From an uncultured Chloroflexia bacterium (lineage in GTDB: Bacteria > Chloroflexota > Limnocylindria > Limnocylindrales > CSP1-4): 64,000 bases of DNA. This document shows, in pieces, positions 22,519 to 32,940 of this stretch. The stretch is taken from contig CAWHXD010000008.1 in the NCBI GenBank assembly GCA_963833225.1, positions 384,001 to 448,000 of the forward strand, read 5' to 3'. Under the pieces are notes generated by a model. It did no database searches, had not been told where the DNA came from, and was given only the letters and a program-made list of their open reading frames with translations. Position 1 is the first letter of the stretch, and every line of letters begins with the position of its first letter. Made by a program: the position numbers and the translations under genes.

Positions 22519-23754
22519 CTAGCGGCGCCGGAGGAAGCTCGGGATCTCGAGGTCGTCCGCGTCGTATGCCGCGGCCTTCCGGGCCGGGGGCTCGCCAACG
22601 GACCGCTCCGGGCGAACCGGGACCGCCACCTCGTCGCCCCTCGTGTCGCGAACACGCGGCACGTCCGGGTCGACGACCTCGGTGCGCTGGCGCTCGAGCT
22701 CCTCGAGGAAGTCACGGGCCGGCGGGGCACCGGGGGCCGGCTGGGCGCCATGCGCGGAGCCCGTGCGCTCGCTGGCCGCGGTGCGGGTGGTCTCGCCGCG
22801 GCGCCGGGCGTCGAACCCGGTCGCGATCACGGTGATCATCACCTCTTCCCCAAGCCGCTCGTTGAAGCTGGCCCCGAAGATGATGTTGGCCTCGGGGTCG
22901 GCGGCGGCGCGGATCTCCTCGGCCGCCTCGGTGACCTCCCACAGGGTGAGATTGGCCGAGCCGGTGATGTTGAACAGGATTCCCTGCGCGCCCGAGATGT
23001 TGACCTCGAGCAGCGGGCTCGCCACCGCCTGGCGGGCGGCTTCGAGGGCCCGGTTCTCGCCCTCGGCCCGACCGATGCCCATGAGCGCGGACCCGGCGTC
23101 CTTCATGATCGTGCGCACGTCGGCGAAGTCGAGGTTGATCAGCCCGGGCACGGTGATGATGTCGCTGATGCCCGCGACACCCTGGCGGAGGACGTCATCC
23201 ACCACCCGGAAGGCGTCGACGATCGACGTGTTCTTCTGCACGACGTCCCGGAGTCGGTCGTTGGGGATGGTGATCAGCGTGTCGACCTTTGCCTTGAGCT
23301 CCTCGGCCGCCTTCTCCGCGATCAGCTTGCGGCGGCTGCCCTCGAACGAGAACGGCTTGGTGACGACCCCGATCGTCAGCGCCCCGGCCTCCTTGGCGAT
23401 CTCGGCAACGACCGGAGCCGCGCCGGATCCCGTGCCGCCGCCCAGACCGGCGGTGATGAACACCATGTCCGAGTCGGTCAGGGCATCCGCGATCTTGTCG
23501 CGATCCTCCTCCGCCGCGCGGGCGCCGATCGTGGCGTCTCCGCCGGCCCCGAGGCCACGCGTGATCTTGTCGCCGATGCGGATCTTGTGCGGCGCGTCCG
23601 ACTGGAGGAGCGCCTGGGCATCGGTGTTGCAGGCGATGAACTCCACGCCCATCATCTCGGCCCGGATCATCCGATTGACGGCATTGCTGCCGCCGCCACC
23701 CACGCCGATGACGCGGATCAGGGCGAAGTTCTCGGAGTCGGATCGCAGCGGCAT
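22519..23754 (-). CDS. ftsZ: Cell division GTPase FtsZ
   Basis: [17 protein letters not shown] tubulin motif, NLDFAD and C-terminal [17 protein letters not shown] -10 lies at 23829-23834. Confidence 0.98.
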   Translation of the reverse strand: MPLRSDSENFALIRVIGVGGGGSNAVNRMIRAEMMGVEFIACNTDAQALLQSDAPHKIRIGDKITRGLGAGGDATIGARAAEEDRDKIADALTDSDMVFITAGLGGGTGSGAAPVVAEIAKEAGALTIGVVTKPFSFEGSRRKLIAEKAAEELKAKVDTLITIPNDRLRDVVQKNTSIVDAFRVVDDVLRQGVAGISDIITVPGLINLDFADVRTIMKDAGSALMGIGRAEGENRALEAARQAVASPLLEVNISGAQGILFNITGSANLTLWEVTEAAEEIRAAADPEANIIFGASFNERLGEEVMITVIATGFDARRRGETTRTAASERTGSAHGAQPAPGAPPARDFLEELERQRTEVVDPDVPRVRDTRGDEVAVPVRPERSVGEPPARKAAAYDADDLEIPSFLRRR

Positions 23755-23889
23755 CGGCGCTCTCCCGGGGTTGCAGCGGCTGGCGCGGGGGTGGATCGGG
23801 GTTGACGGTCTGTCAGTGCAGGACCCGCAGTATACCCGCGTGGTCCGGCATCGGATCACCCCAGTTTCGGAGCCGGTGCGCGGGCGCGC

Positions 23890-24303
23890 CTACCCGGCGA
23901 GAAACGACAGTCGAACCCGCCGGCTGGCGTTGTCCTCGTTGGGGTCGAGCAGCGTGATCGACTGCCACTGACCCAGCGCGAGCCCCCCGCCGATCACGGG
24001 CACCGAGAGCGACGGCGAGGCGAGCAGCGGCAGCACGTGGTCGGCCCCGTGCCCCGCCGAGCCGTGGCGATGGCGCCACCGGTCGTCGCGCGGCAGCAGG
24101 CGGTCCAGCGCGGCCAGCGCATCGTCATCGGAGCCCGCCCCGAGCTCCACCACGACCAGGCCTGCCGTGGCGTGCGGGATGAACACGTGGAGCAGCCCGT
24201 CGCCCCCCTCGGACGCCTCGGCCACGAACCGCGCGCAGGCGGGCGTGAGATCGGTGAAGCCGCGGGCGCTGCCCGTCCTGACCTCGAGGACGACGCTGCG
24301 CAC
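23890..24303 (-). CDS. YjbQ/UPF0047 family protein
   Basis: HVFIPHATAGL, HRHGSAGHGADH, LGQWQSI. Confidence 0.85.
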   Translation of the reverse strand: MRSVVLEVRTGSARGFTDLTPACARFVAEASEGGDGLLHVFIPHATAGLVVVELGAGSDDDALAALDRLLPRDDRWRHRHGSAGHGADHVLPLLASPSLSVPVIGGGLALGQWQSITLLDPNEDNASRRVRLSFLAG

Positions 24304-24306
24304 GGG

Positions 24307-25536
24307 CTACGGGAAGATCGAGCGGATCGCGCTCCGGATCCGGCTCAGCCCGCCACCGCCGGGGGCCGACTCGTAGTGCATCGGGTCATCCAGGGCGATC
24401 TGGGTCGCGCCCCAGCGCAACAGGCCAACGGCCGTGGAGTACGACGGGTCCTGGATCGTGTCCACGAGCCCGCTGATCCCCGACGGACCCGAGACGCGCA
24501 CGGGCATCTGGAGCACGTCGCGACCCAGCTCCGCGGTCCCGGAGAGCTGCGAGGCGCCGCCGGTGAGGATGATCCCGGCGGGCAGCATGCCGTGCCCGCT
24601 GCGCGCCATCTCGGAGCGGAGCAGCTCGAACGTCTCGCGCATCCGTGCCTCGATGATCCGGCACAGCTCCTCGCGGCTGACCGTCCGCCCCGCCTCCTCG
24701 CCCAGCACGGACACGCTGATGTGCTCGTCCTCGATCTCGCGCAGGTCGCACGTGCCGTGGCGGACCTTGAGCTCCTCGGCCACCTGGAGGGTCGTCTTCA
24801 CGCCGATCGCGACGTCGTTGGTCACGTTGTTGCCGCCGACCGGCAGGACGGCCGTGTGGAACGGCGAGCCATCGGCGAACAGGGTGAGGTCGATAGTGCC
24901 GGCCCCGATGTCGGCGACCGCGACGCCCAGCTCCTTCTCGGTCTCGGTCACGACAGCTTCGGCCGAGGCGAGGCCGTTGACCACCAGCTCGTCGATCTTG
25001 ACCCCCGCGAGCTGCACGCACTTGGTCAGGTTCTGGACCGCGGTGGCGGACGCGGAGACGATGTGCGCCTCGACCTCCAGCCGGAGCGCGCTCATGCCCA
25101 GGGGGTCCTTCACGCCCTCCTGGCCGTCGACGGTGAACCCCCGGCGCTCGACGTGGAGCACGTCTCGGTTGGACGGGATGGAGACGGCCCGCGCCACCTC
25201 GATGGCCCGGCTGATGTCCTCGCGGGTGACCTCGCGGTGGTGCGCCGTGACGGCGACCTGGCCCGTGGAGTTGAGGCTCTCGACGTGCTGGCCGCCGACG
25301 CCCACGAACGCCCGGTCGATCTTCCACCCGGACAGCCGCTCCGCGCGCTCGACGGCGTCCGCGATCGAGCGGACGGACTGGTCGATGTTGACGACGACGG
25401 CCTTGCGCAACCCGGTCGAGGGCACGGTGCCATGACCCATGATCGTGAGGCGACCATCCCGGCTGACCTCGCCGATCAGCGCGCAGACCTTCGACGTGCC
25501 GACGTCGATGCCGACAAGGACCGCTTCCCGTTCCAC
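24307..25536 (-). CDS. ftsA: Cell division protein FtsA
   Basis: GIDVGTSKV, VADIGAGT, GGNNVTNDV, ILTGGASQL. Confidence 0.97.
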   Translation of the reverse strand: MEREAVLVGIDVGTSKVCALIGEVSRDGRLTIMGHGTVPSTGLRKAVVVNIDQSVRSIADAVERAERLSGWKIDRAFVGVGGQHVESLNSTGQVAVTAHHREVTREDISRAIEVARAVSIPSNRDVLHVERRGFTVDGQEGVKDPLGMSALRLEVEAHIVSASATAVQNLTKCVQLAGVKIDELVVNGLASAEAVVTETEKELGVAVADIGAGTIDLTLFADGSPFHTAVLPVGGNNVTNDVAIGVKTTLQVAEELKVRHGTCDLREIEDEHISVSVLGEEAGRTVSREELCRIIEARMRETFELLRSEMARSGHGMLPAGIILTGGASQLSGTAELGRDVLQMPVRVSGPSGISGLVDTIQDPSYSTAVGLLRWGATQIALDDPMHYESAPGGGGLSRIRSAIRSIFP

Positions 25537-25562
25537 CTGCCTGTCGTCCCTCGCTGTCGGTG

Positions 25563-25886
25563 CTAGATGAAGTGGCGCCGGATCAGCGCGACGTTGTTGA
25601 AGATCCGGAACCCGAAGTTGATGAGGGCGACGAGGTAGAGGTCAAGGCTCAGCCGGTCGCCGATGAACGTCAGCAGCACCGCCACGATCGCATTCGTGAG
25701 GAAGCCACTGATGAATACGCGATTGTCGTAGACGCCGTCGAGCTCAGCTCGAACGGCTCCGAGGACCGAGTCGAGGGCCGCGAGGATCGCGACCGCCGAG
25801 TAGCGGGAGAACTCGAAGTTGACATTGACGTTGAGCAGGAGCCCGGCCGCGATTCCGATGAGCAGTCCCACGATGGGCAGGAGCAA
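25563..25886 (-). CDS. Small basic protein Sbp (DUF1290)
   Basis: AILAALDSVLGAVRA, FISGFLTN, FGFRIFNN; usual position next to ftsQ/ftsA. Confidence 0.85.
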   Translation of the reverse strand: MLLPIVGLLIGIAAGLLLNVNVNFEFSRYSAVAILAALDSVLGAVRAELDGVYDNRVFISGFLTNAIVAVLLTFIGDRLSLDLYLVALINFGFRIFNNVALIRRHFI

Positions 25887-25977
25887 GGGCGGGCAGCCTC
25901 CGTCCGGATGAACGTCTCCCTAACGATACCCGACCCTCGCGGGCAGGGACCCGCCGCCGGGGCGGAGCGGCGACGGC

Positions 25978-26913
25978 TCATGGGTTCGGCGTGGGCTTGG
26001 GAGCCGAGGTGGCGTCCGGCGTTGGCCTCGCCGACTCCTCGACCGGGATGATCGTGCCACTCCGGTCATCCGCGAGGATCACCCGGGCGACGCTCGTCTC
26101 ACGACCCGCCAGGATGCTGCGCAGGAGGCGGACCTGGCCCTGGATCAGATCGGTCGTGCGCAGGGTGGGCGTGTAGAAGCCGAACACGGCCGTCCAGGAG
26201 GCGGGTCGGGTCCGCATCGTGAACCCGTCGGTGTCATCGACCCGGAGCACCAGCGATCGCGCCCCGCTGCCGACGTCGGCTGGATGCAGCGAAGCGAGCC
26301 GGAGGGCCGCATCGAGATCGACTTCGTCCAGGGTGGACCCGACGTCGGACCACATCGAGGCGAACCGCGCGTCGTCGATGACCGGCAGGTCGGCAGCCGC
26401 AGCGGGCGGATCGGCCGGCAGCTTCGCGAACAGGAGACCCTCGGCATCGACGAGGAACCGGCGCTCGCCCAACCTCCAGACCATGAGCGCTTCGCGCTCG
26501 CTGACGACCACCCGGACCTCGTCGGGAAGCGCGACCGAGACGGTCGCCTGGCGGACGGCGGGGATGGTGGTCAGAGCCTGCTCCAGCAGCCCGGTGCGGA
26601 GGGTGAACACGTTGCTGTCCGGGGGGATCGCGAGCCGCTCGAGGATCCGCTCCTCGCTGGTCCAGGTGGTCCCGGTGACCGTCGTGCGGTGGGTGGCGAA
26701 CGCATCGGACGACGCGAGCCCGTAGGTCGCAGCGACGCCGGCCAGGATCGCGAGCAGGGCGCCCGCCCGGGTGGGAGTGATCCCGGCCGACGCCCGCCGG
26801 ACCGGCTTCGTCCGGCGGACGGCCCCACCCGGGCGCGCGCCGGGCCGAAGCGCAGACGGCCGGAGCGGGCGAACGGCCGGACCCTGGCGACCCCGGCCGC
26901 GATTCACCGGCAT
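25978..26913 (-). CDS. ftsQ: Cell division protein FtsQ/DivIB (POTRA domain)
   Basis: Basic N-terminus, single TM, POTRA-like IPAVRQATVSVALPDEVRVVVSERE, LVDAEG; dcw position. Confidence 0.85.
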   Translation of the reverse strand: MPVNRGRGRQGPAVRPLRPSALRPGARPGGAVRRTKPVRRASAGITPTRAGALLAILAGVAATYGLASSDAFATHRTTVTGTTWTSEERILERLAIPPDSNVFTLRTGLLEQALTTIPAVRQATVSVALPDEVRVVVSEREALMVWRLGERRFLVDAEGLLFAKLPADPPAAAADLPVIDDARFASMWSDVGSTLDEVDLDAALRLASLHPADVGSGARSLVLRVDDTDGFTMRTRPASWTAVFGFYTPTLRTTDLIQGQVRLLRSILAGRETSVARVILADDRSGTIIPVEESARPTPDATSAPKPTPNP

Positions 26914-26920
26914 GCGAGGA

Positions 26921-28066
26921 TCACCGGGGCAGGTCCGCGGCCGTGAGACGGTGCCGGACGCGGGACCGGTCGCGACTCAGCGCGAGGTCGATCACCCGCC
27001 GGCACACGGCCGCGAAGTCGTAGCCGCCCTGCGCGCACAGGACCGGGAACAGGCTGATGGGCGTGAACCCCGGGATCGTGTTGATCTCGGACACGACCAG
27101 CGTCTCGCCCGCGAGCAGGAAGTCGATCCGCGCGAACCCCTCGGCGCCGATGGCGCGATAGGTATCCCGGGCGAGCTTGTGGATGGCCGTCCGCTGGGCC
27201 GGCGACACCTCGGCCGTCGCGGTGGTGTTGGACATGCCGGGCGTGTACTTCGCCTGGTAGTCGTAGAACTCGTGACCGGACATGATCTCGCCGGGACCGT
27301 ACAGCTCGATCTCGGCCGGCTCGTTGCCGAGGACGGAGACCTCGAGGTCACGGGCGCCGGCGAGATAGCGCTCGACGATGGCCAGGTCGTCGTACCGGAA
27401 CGCCTCGTCGACCGCCGGCCCGCGCTCGCCCGCCGTGTGGGCGATCGTCATCCCGACCGAGCTGCCAAGGCGCGCCGGCTTGACCATCAGGCGCGCATCG
27501 CCGCCCGCGGCCGCGAACGCCTCGAGCTCGGCGAGGACCGCTTCGCGGTCGGCCAGCCAGCGGGCCGCCCGCACCTCGACCCAGTCGGTCACCGGCAGCC
27601 CGATGCCGCGTGCCAGCCGCTTGAACAGCGCCTTGTCCATCCCCACGGCGCTGGCCATGACCCCGGACCCCGTGTAGGCGAGCCCGGCGGCCTCGCACAG
27701 CGCCTGGGCCGTTCCGTCCTCGCCAAACGGACCATGGAGGGCCAGGAACACGACCGGTCTTGCCGTCCGTTCCGTGAGCTGCTCCAGCGCCTTGCCGGCC
27801 GGGAACGGCCCAATGCCCCCCAGGACCGGCGGGTCGTCGTAGTCGGCCGGAGGGCGCCCGTCGCGCCGGTGGCCGTCGGGAAGCCGCCACCACGCGCCGT
27901 CGAGGTCGATCAGCCACGTCTCCACGGGATAGCCGGACGCAGCCAGGGCATCGGCGATCGCCGACCCGGACACGATCGAGACGTCATGCTCGGCCGAAGG
28001 ACCGCCAAGGAGGACGGCGACCGGCGTCAGCGCGGGGTCGTGGGCGAGCGGCGGCACCGGCATCAT
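26921..28066 (-). CDS. ddl: D-alanine--D-alanine ligase
   Basis: GGPSAEHDVS, LHGPFGEDG, MDKALFK, GSSVG, FYDYQAKY, EINTIPGFT. Confidence 0.96.
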   Translation of the reverse strand: MMPVPPLAHDPALTPVAVLLGGPSAEHDVSIVSGSAIADALAASGYPVETWLIDLDGAWWRLPDGHRRDGRPPADYDDPPVLGGIGPFPAGKALEQLTERTARPVVFLALHGPFGEDGTAQALCEAAGLAYTGSGVMASAVGMDKALFKRLARGIGLPVTDWVEVRAARWLADREAVLAELEAFAAAGGDARLMVKPARLGSSVGMTIAHTAGERGPAVDEAFRYDDLAIVERYLAGARDLEVSVLGNEPAEIELYGPGEIMSGHEFYDYQAKYTPGMSNTTATAEVSPAQRTAIHKLARDTYRAIGAEGFARIDFLLAGETLVVSEINTIPGFTPISLFPVLCAQGGYDFAAVCRRVIDLALSRDRSRVRHRLTAADLPR

Positions 28067-29040
28067 GCTGACTCCCGCGGTTCGGTTGTGGCCGTGGGCC
28101 AGTCGCCCACGAACTCGACCTCGAAGGCGAGCTCGATCCCGTGACGGGCGAGCACCTCCGCGCGGACGTGCTCGGCAACCCGGCGCACGTCGGCGGCCGT
28201 CCCACGAGCGTCGTTGACGATGAAGTTGGCGTGCTTCTCGGACACGACAGCCCCGCCGACACGGTAGCCCTTGAGGCCGGCGGCGTCGATCAGCCGTCCG
28301 GCGGCGTCACCGGGCGGGTTCCGGAACACGGATCCCGCGGAAGGGATCCCCAGCGGCTGGTGCTCGCGGCGCCAGCGCCGGATGTCGTCGAGACGGGCCT
28401 TGATCTGGGCCGGGTCCGCGGATCGGAGGCTGAACACGGCCGCGATCACGATCTCCCCGGGTCCCTCGGGTGACGGGCCGGCCGCCTTGAACCGGCTGTG
28501 CCGGTAGGCGAACCCAAGCTCGTCGGTCGGCAGCACCCGTTCCGAGCCGTCGGCGAACAGGACCGTGGCGGACTCGAGGACCGACGCCGTCTCCGAACCG
28601 TGGGCACCGGCGTTCGACCAGACCGCGCCCCCGACCGTCCCGGGGATGGCGAGCCCGTACTCGAGCCCGGTCAGGCCCGCCTGCTGGGTCTCGGTCGCGG
28701 CCCGTGCCATGGGGACCCCCGCGTCCGCGAGATAGCGATCCCCGTCCAGGCGCGATCCCTCGGCCCGGGCCTGGATGACCAGGCCGCGGAACCCGCCGTC
28801 CCCGACGACCAGGTTGCTGCCGCGTCCGAGGAGGAGGAACGGGATGCCGCGTGCCCGCGCGAACCTGATCAGCCCCCGCAGCTCGAACGCGTTGTGGGCG
28901 ACCGCGAACAGGTCGGCCGGCCCGCCGACGCGCATCGTGGTGTGGCGGGCCAGGCGCTCGTCGCGCACCGTCTTGACGCCCAGGCGGCGCTGGATCTCGG
29001 TGCCGGTCCGCAGGGCGTCGAACGTCGTGTCGTCGCTCAC
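28063..29040 (-). CDS. murB: UDP-N-acetylmuramate dehydrogenase
   Basis: TTMRVGGPA, LGRGSNL, IPGTVGGA, SAGSVFRNP, SEKHANF. The GTG overlaps the murG stop. Confidence 0.96.
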   Translation of the reverse strand: MSDDTTFDALRTGTEIQRRLGVKTVRDERLARHTTMRVGGPADLFAVAHNAFELRGLIRFARARGIPFLLLGRGSNLVVGDGGFRGLVIQARAEGSRLDGDRYLADAGVPMARAATETQQAGLTGLEYGLAIPGTVGGAVWSNAGAHGSETASVLESATVLFADGSERVLPTDELGFAYRHSRFKAAGPSPEGPGEIVIAAVFSLRSADPAQIKARLDDIRRWRREHQPLGIPSAGSVFRNPPGDAAGRLIDAAGLKGYRVGGAVVSEKHANFIVNDARGTAADVRRVAEHVRAEVLARHGIELAFEVEFVGDWPTATTEPRESA

Positions 29041-30188
29041 CGGTGGGGACCTCGGGCCGTGGCCTCGACCTCGACGGCATCGGGGAGCGGCCCCCGGCCG
29101 GCCACGGCCAGCACGAGGTCGGCGACCGCGGCCGCGGCACCCGGACGGGCGAGATCGCGGGCGGCGGCCGACATCGAGGCATGACGCGCCGGGTCGGCGA
29201 GCAGCCCCGCCACGTCCACCAGCCGATCCGCGTCGAGGTCGTCGTCCTCGACGATGACCGCGGCACCCGCCTCGGCGAATGACTCGGCGTTGAGGCGCTG
29301 GTGGCCTGCGGCGTGCGGGTACGGGACGATGGCCATCGGCAGGGCGAACGCCGCGGCTTCGGCCAGGGTGGAGGCTCCGGCGCGGCCGACCGCCAGGTCC
29401 GCCGCGGCCAGGGCCGCCGTCATCTCGTCGCCGTGGAGGAACGGGAAAGGCCGGTAGCGGTCCCGCAGGTCCGGCGGCAGCGCCTCGCGGGCGGCCAGCG
29501 CCGCCGGGTATCCGTCGTCGCCCGTCACGTGGACCACCCGGATCCGCTCCACCAGGCGCGGGAGCGCGCCGGCCACGGCGTCGTTGATGCGGCGCACGGC
29601 CTGCGACCCGCCGAACACGAGCAGGATCCGCTCGCCGGGGCGCCCGCCAACCTGTTCGCGAGCCTCGTCGGGGTCCACCGTGTCGAGCGCGCGGATGGGC
29701 GTCCCGGTCATGTACGTCCGCGGCTGGCCGAGCGTCGCCCCCGTCGCCGGGTGGCTCACCGTGACGACCGTCGCCAGCCGCGCGACCAGGCGCACGCTGC
29801 GCCCGGGGACCACGTTGCCGTCCCACAGCACGCTCGGGATCCGGAGGATGGCGGCCGCGAGCAGGACCGGGATCGCCACGTAGCCGCCGGTCGTGAAGAT
29901 CGCCGCCGGGCGACGCGCGAGCAGCAGGACCAGCGCCTGCGGGAGGGAGAACCCGAGGCGAATCGGATCGAGGACCAGGTGGATGTCGCGGTCGGCGGAG
30001 CGCAGCGAGCGCAGGAACAGCCGGCGCAGCGGGATGCCGGCCCCCGGGACGATGTCCCGCTCGAGGCCCCGGTGCCCGCCGACCCAGGCGAGCTCAGGCG
30101 CGCCGGATCGGGCGCGGAGCGACCGGGCGACGGCGAGAGCCGGGTAGATGTGACCGCCCGTCCCCCCGCCCGCGATCAGCAGGCGCAT
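29037..30188 (-). CDS. murG: Lipid I N-acetylglucosamine transferase
   Basis: AGGGTGGHIYP, TGGYV, FGGSQ, GRAGASTLAE, HQRLNA. Confidence 0.96.
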   Translation of the reverse strand: MRLLIAGGGTGGHIYPALAVARSLRARSGAPELAWVGGHRGLERDIVPGAGIPLRRLFLRSLRSADRDIHLVLDPIRLGFSLPQALVLLLARRPAAIFTTGGYVAIPVLLAAAILRIPSVLWDGNVVPGRSVRLVARLATVVTVSHPATGATLGQPRTYMTGTPIRALDTVDPDEAREQVGGRPGERILLVFGGSQAVRRINDAVAGALPRLVERIRVVHVTGDDGYPAALAAREALPPDLRDRYRPFPFLHGDEMTAALAAADLAVGRAGASTLAEAAAFALPMAIVPYPHAAGHQRLNAESFAEAGAAVIVEDDDLDADRLVDVAGLLADPARHASMSAAARDLARPGAAAAVADLVLAVAGRGPLPDAVEVEATARGPHR

Positions 30189-31374
30189 CGTTCCACGTTC
30201 CTTTCTCGACCGTCTCGCGCGAGATCGACAGCAGGATGCCGATGGCGGCGAAGCTGATGATGAGGCTCGAGCCGCCCGCGGACACGAACGGCAGCGGAAT
30301 GCCGGTGACCGGGAACAGGCCCACCACCACCCCGATGTTGATGAACGCCTGGAGGCAGATCCAGGCCGTGATGCCCGCCGCGAGCATGGCGCCGAACGTG
30401 TCGGGCGCGCCCAGCGAGGTGCGGATTCCGAGATACCCGATCGCCAGGAACAGGACGATCACGAGCCCGCCCCCAACGAGTCCGAACTCCTCGCCCACGA
30501 TCGCGAAGATGAAGTCGTTGAAGGCGTTGGGCAGGAACAGGCCGCCCGCCAGACGGCTCTCGCCCAGCCCGGCGCCGAAGATGCCGCCCAGGGCCAGCGC
30601 GTAGTAGCCCTGGATGCTGTGGAACCCGAGATGGGCCTGGTCGACCCACGGGTTCAGCCAGACAGAGATCCGGTCCACCTGGTAGTCATGGAACTGCAGG
30701 TACAGCCAGGCGGCAGGCACCGCCGCCGCGACCATTCCCGCAAGGTGCCAAAGGTTCGCGCCGGCCACGAAGAACACGGTGAACGCGGTGAGCCCGAGCA
30801 CGGACGACGTCCCCAGGTCGGGCTCGAGCAGCACCAGGACCACCACCGGGGCCGCGATGACCAGGAACGGCAGCGTCCCGCTGAGCACCCCGTGGACTGC
30901 GGTCCCGCGCTTGGCGAACCAGTAGGCGAGGTACACGACCAGCGCGAGCTTCATGAACTCGGCGGGGTGGACGGCCGGCAGGGGCCCGAGCTTGATCCAG
31001 CGCGCCGAACCTCCGACCACGATGTTGATGTCGGGGATGAACACCAGCAGCAGCCCGACGACGCCCGCGATGAACAGGGGCACGGACGCCACCCGAAGCC
31101 AGCGGTAGTCGACCCGCATCATCACCACCATGGCCACCAGCCCAAGCGCCGCCCACTGGATCTGCGGGCCGACGATCGCGAACGTGTTGTTGGCGCTCGA
31201 CAGGTAGGCCTTGATCGCCGAGGAGCTGTAGACCATCAGGATGCCGATCGCCGCGAGGGCGACGGTCGCGACGAGGATCCCGTACTCGGGCTCGTGGCGC
31301 TCGCGCTGGAGCGTGTTGGCGCGGGTGCGGTCCCGGGCGGGGACCCGGACGGCCGTGAGGGGCACGGTGCTCAT
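30094..31374 (-). CDS. ftsW: SEDS peptidoglycan polymerase FtsW
   Basis: MVYSSS, GSARWI, PAEFMK, EPDLG, NDFIFAIVGEEFG, PVTGIPLPFVSAGGSS. Confidence 0.95.
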   Translation of the reverse strand: MSTVPLTAVRVPARDRTRANTLQRERHEPEYGILVATVALAAIGILMVYSSSAIKAYLSSANNTFAIVGPQIQWAALGLVAMVVMMRVDYRWLRVASVPLFIAGVVGLLLVFIPDINIVVGGSARWIKLGPLPAVHPAEFMKLALVVYLAYWFAKRGTAVHGVLSGTLPFLVIAAPVVVLVLLEPDLGTSSVLGLTAFTVFFVAGANLWHLAGMVAAAVPAAWLYLQFHDYQVDRISVWLNPWVDQAHLGFHSIQGYYALALGGIFGAGLGESRLAGGLFLPNAFNDFIFAIVGEEFGLVGGGLVIVLFLAIGYLGIRTSLGAPDTFGAMLAAGITAWICLQAFINIGVVVGLFPVTGIPLPFVSAGGSSLIISFAAIGILLSISRETVEKGTWNDAPADRGRGDGRSHLPGSRRRPVAPRPIRRA

Positions 31375-32939
31375 GCGGATCTCCCGTCGCCTGGCTGGGT
31401 CGGGCGGCGCGCCGAGGCGAGGCGGCCGACGGAGTCGATGAACGCGCGACCACGGGCCGCGTAATCCTCGTACATGTCGAACGATGCGGCAGCGGGGCTC
31501 AACACGACCGTCGCCAGCGCCCCGTCGGGCGCCTCGCCCAGGGCGAGGTGCGCGAAGGCGTCCGCGGCGACGACCGCTTCATCCATGGTCGCCGCACGGG
31601 CCGTGCGGGCGAGCCCGGCCGCCTGGAACAGCCGCTCCAGCGTGGGCCCACTCTCCCCGATCAGCACGGCGGCGAAGGCGGTCCCGCCCACGACCGACGC
31701 GAGCTGGCCCAGGTCCACGCCCTTGTCCCGTCCGCCGGCGATCAGCACGACCGGCGCGGGGAAGGCCCGCAGGGCGGCGATCACCGCGTCGGGCTGGGTG
31801 CCCTGGGAGTCGTTGACGAAGCGGACGTCGTCAACGAGCCCGACCGGCTGGAGACGGTGCTCCACGCCCCCAAAGCCCGCAGCCGCATTCCGGATCGCGT
31901 CGGGGGCGATCCCGAACAGGAGCCCCACGGCCACCGCGGCCAGTGCGTTGGACACGTTGTGCGCCCCGGGAATGCCGAGCTCGTCGACCGGCATGACCCC
32001 GCCGCCCGGACCGGTCGCGGCGACCCCGCCACCCGCGAGCGGCAGGCGCCCGACGGCCGCCGACACGATCCATCCGTCCACGACCCCGACCCCGCCGGGC
32101 ACGGGCCGGTCGTTCCGGTACAGGACGGCCGGGGCGGTCCCCAGGCCCGCATATCCGCCGACGACCGGGTCTTCGAGGTTGAGGACCAGCGCCCCGTCAG
32201 GGTCCACCAGCTCCGCCAGGCGGCGCTTGACCCGTCGGTAGGCGTCGACCGTCCCGTGCCGGTCCAGGTGGTCCGAGGTGACGTTCGTGTAGACCGCGAC
32301 CGTCGTCCCCCGCGAGAGCGCGGGCAGCTGCAGCTCCGAGAGCTCCACGACCACGCGATGCCCCGGCGTCAGGTCGGACAGCCGCTCCACGAGGGGCTGT
32401 CCGATGTTGCCGCCAAGGACCGCGGGATGCAGCGGGTCCGCGGCCAGGATCGCGTGGATCAGCGACGCAGTGGTCGTCTTGCCCTTGGTGCCCGTGACGC
32501 CGATCGTCGGGGCCGGGCACAGGCGGAGGAACAGGTCTGACTCCGAGACCAGCGCCGGTGCCCCGGCCTCGCCCGCGGCCCGTGCCGCCACGATCGCAGC
32601 CAGCGCCGCGCGGAGCCTGGGCTCGGTGGTTGGATAGGCGGGCGTGATCGAGGGCGACGTGGTGACCAGCGCGGCGCCGGCGAGGATCGACGCAGGGTCC
32701 ACCTCGGGACCCAGCGCAAACCGGACGCCGCGGCCCCCGAGCTGATCGATCGCGCGCGCGAGGTCCACCTCGGGACGGATGTCGTAGACGGTGACGTCGG
32801 CGCCAGCGTCGTGCAGGAAGCGGGCAAGCGCGATGCCGCTGCGCGCGAGACCCAGGACCGCGATCGGCCGCCCGTCGAGGGCCCCGGCGCGAATGCCGTC
32901 GGGGGTCAGGCCATCGATGTCCACCGGGCTCAGCGTCAT
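31371..32939 (-). CDS. murD: UDP-MurNAc-L-Ala--D-glutamate ligase
   Basis: GLARSG, GVTGTKGKTTT, GGNIG, ELSELQL, DHLDRH, NDSQGT, LSPAAASFD. Confidence 0.95.
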   Translation of the reverse strand: MTLSPVDIDGLTPDGIRAGALDGRPIAVLGLARSGIALARFLHDAGADVTVYDIRPEVDLARAIDQLGGRGVRFALGPEVDPASILAGAALVTTSPSITPAYPTTEPRLRAALAAIVAARAAGEAGAPALVSESDLFLRLCPAPTIGVTGTKGKTTTASLIHAILAADPLHPAVLGGNIGQPLVERLSDLTPGHRVVVELSELQLPALSRGTTVAVYTNVTSDHLDRHGTVDAYRRVKRRLAELVDPDGALVLNLEDPVVGGYAGLGTAPAVLYRNDRPVPGGVGVVDGWIVSAAVGRLPLAGGGVAATGPGGGVMPVDELGIPGAHNVSNALAAVAVGLLFGIAPDAIRNAAAGFGGVEHRLQPVGLVDDVRFVNDSQGTQPDAVIAALRAFPAPVVLIAGGRDKGVDLGQLASVVGGTAFAAVLIGESGPTLERLFQAAGLARTARAATMDEAVVAADAFAHLALGEAPDGALATVVLSPAAASFDMYEDYAARGRAFIDSVGRLASARRPTQPGDGRSA

Positions 32940-32940
32940 G

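Noticed and set aside
25399-25414. Partial match to the candidate parS in ftsA (CCTTGCGCAA)
   Set aside because: Only 11 of 16 positions match, the outer arms are missing, and it is about 31 kb from the cluster.
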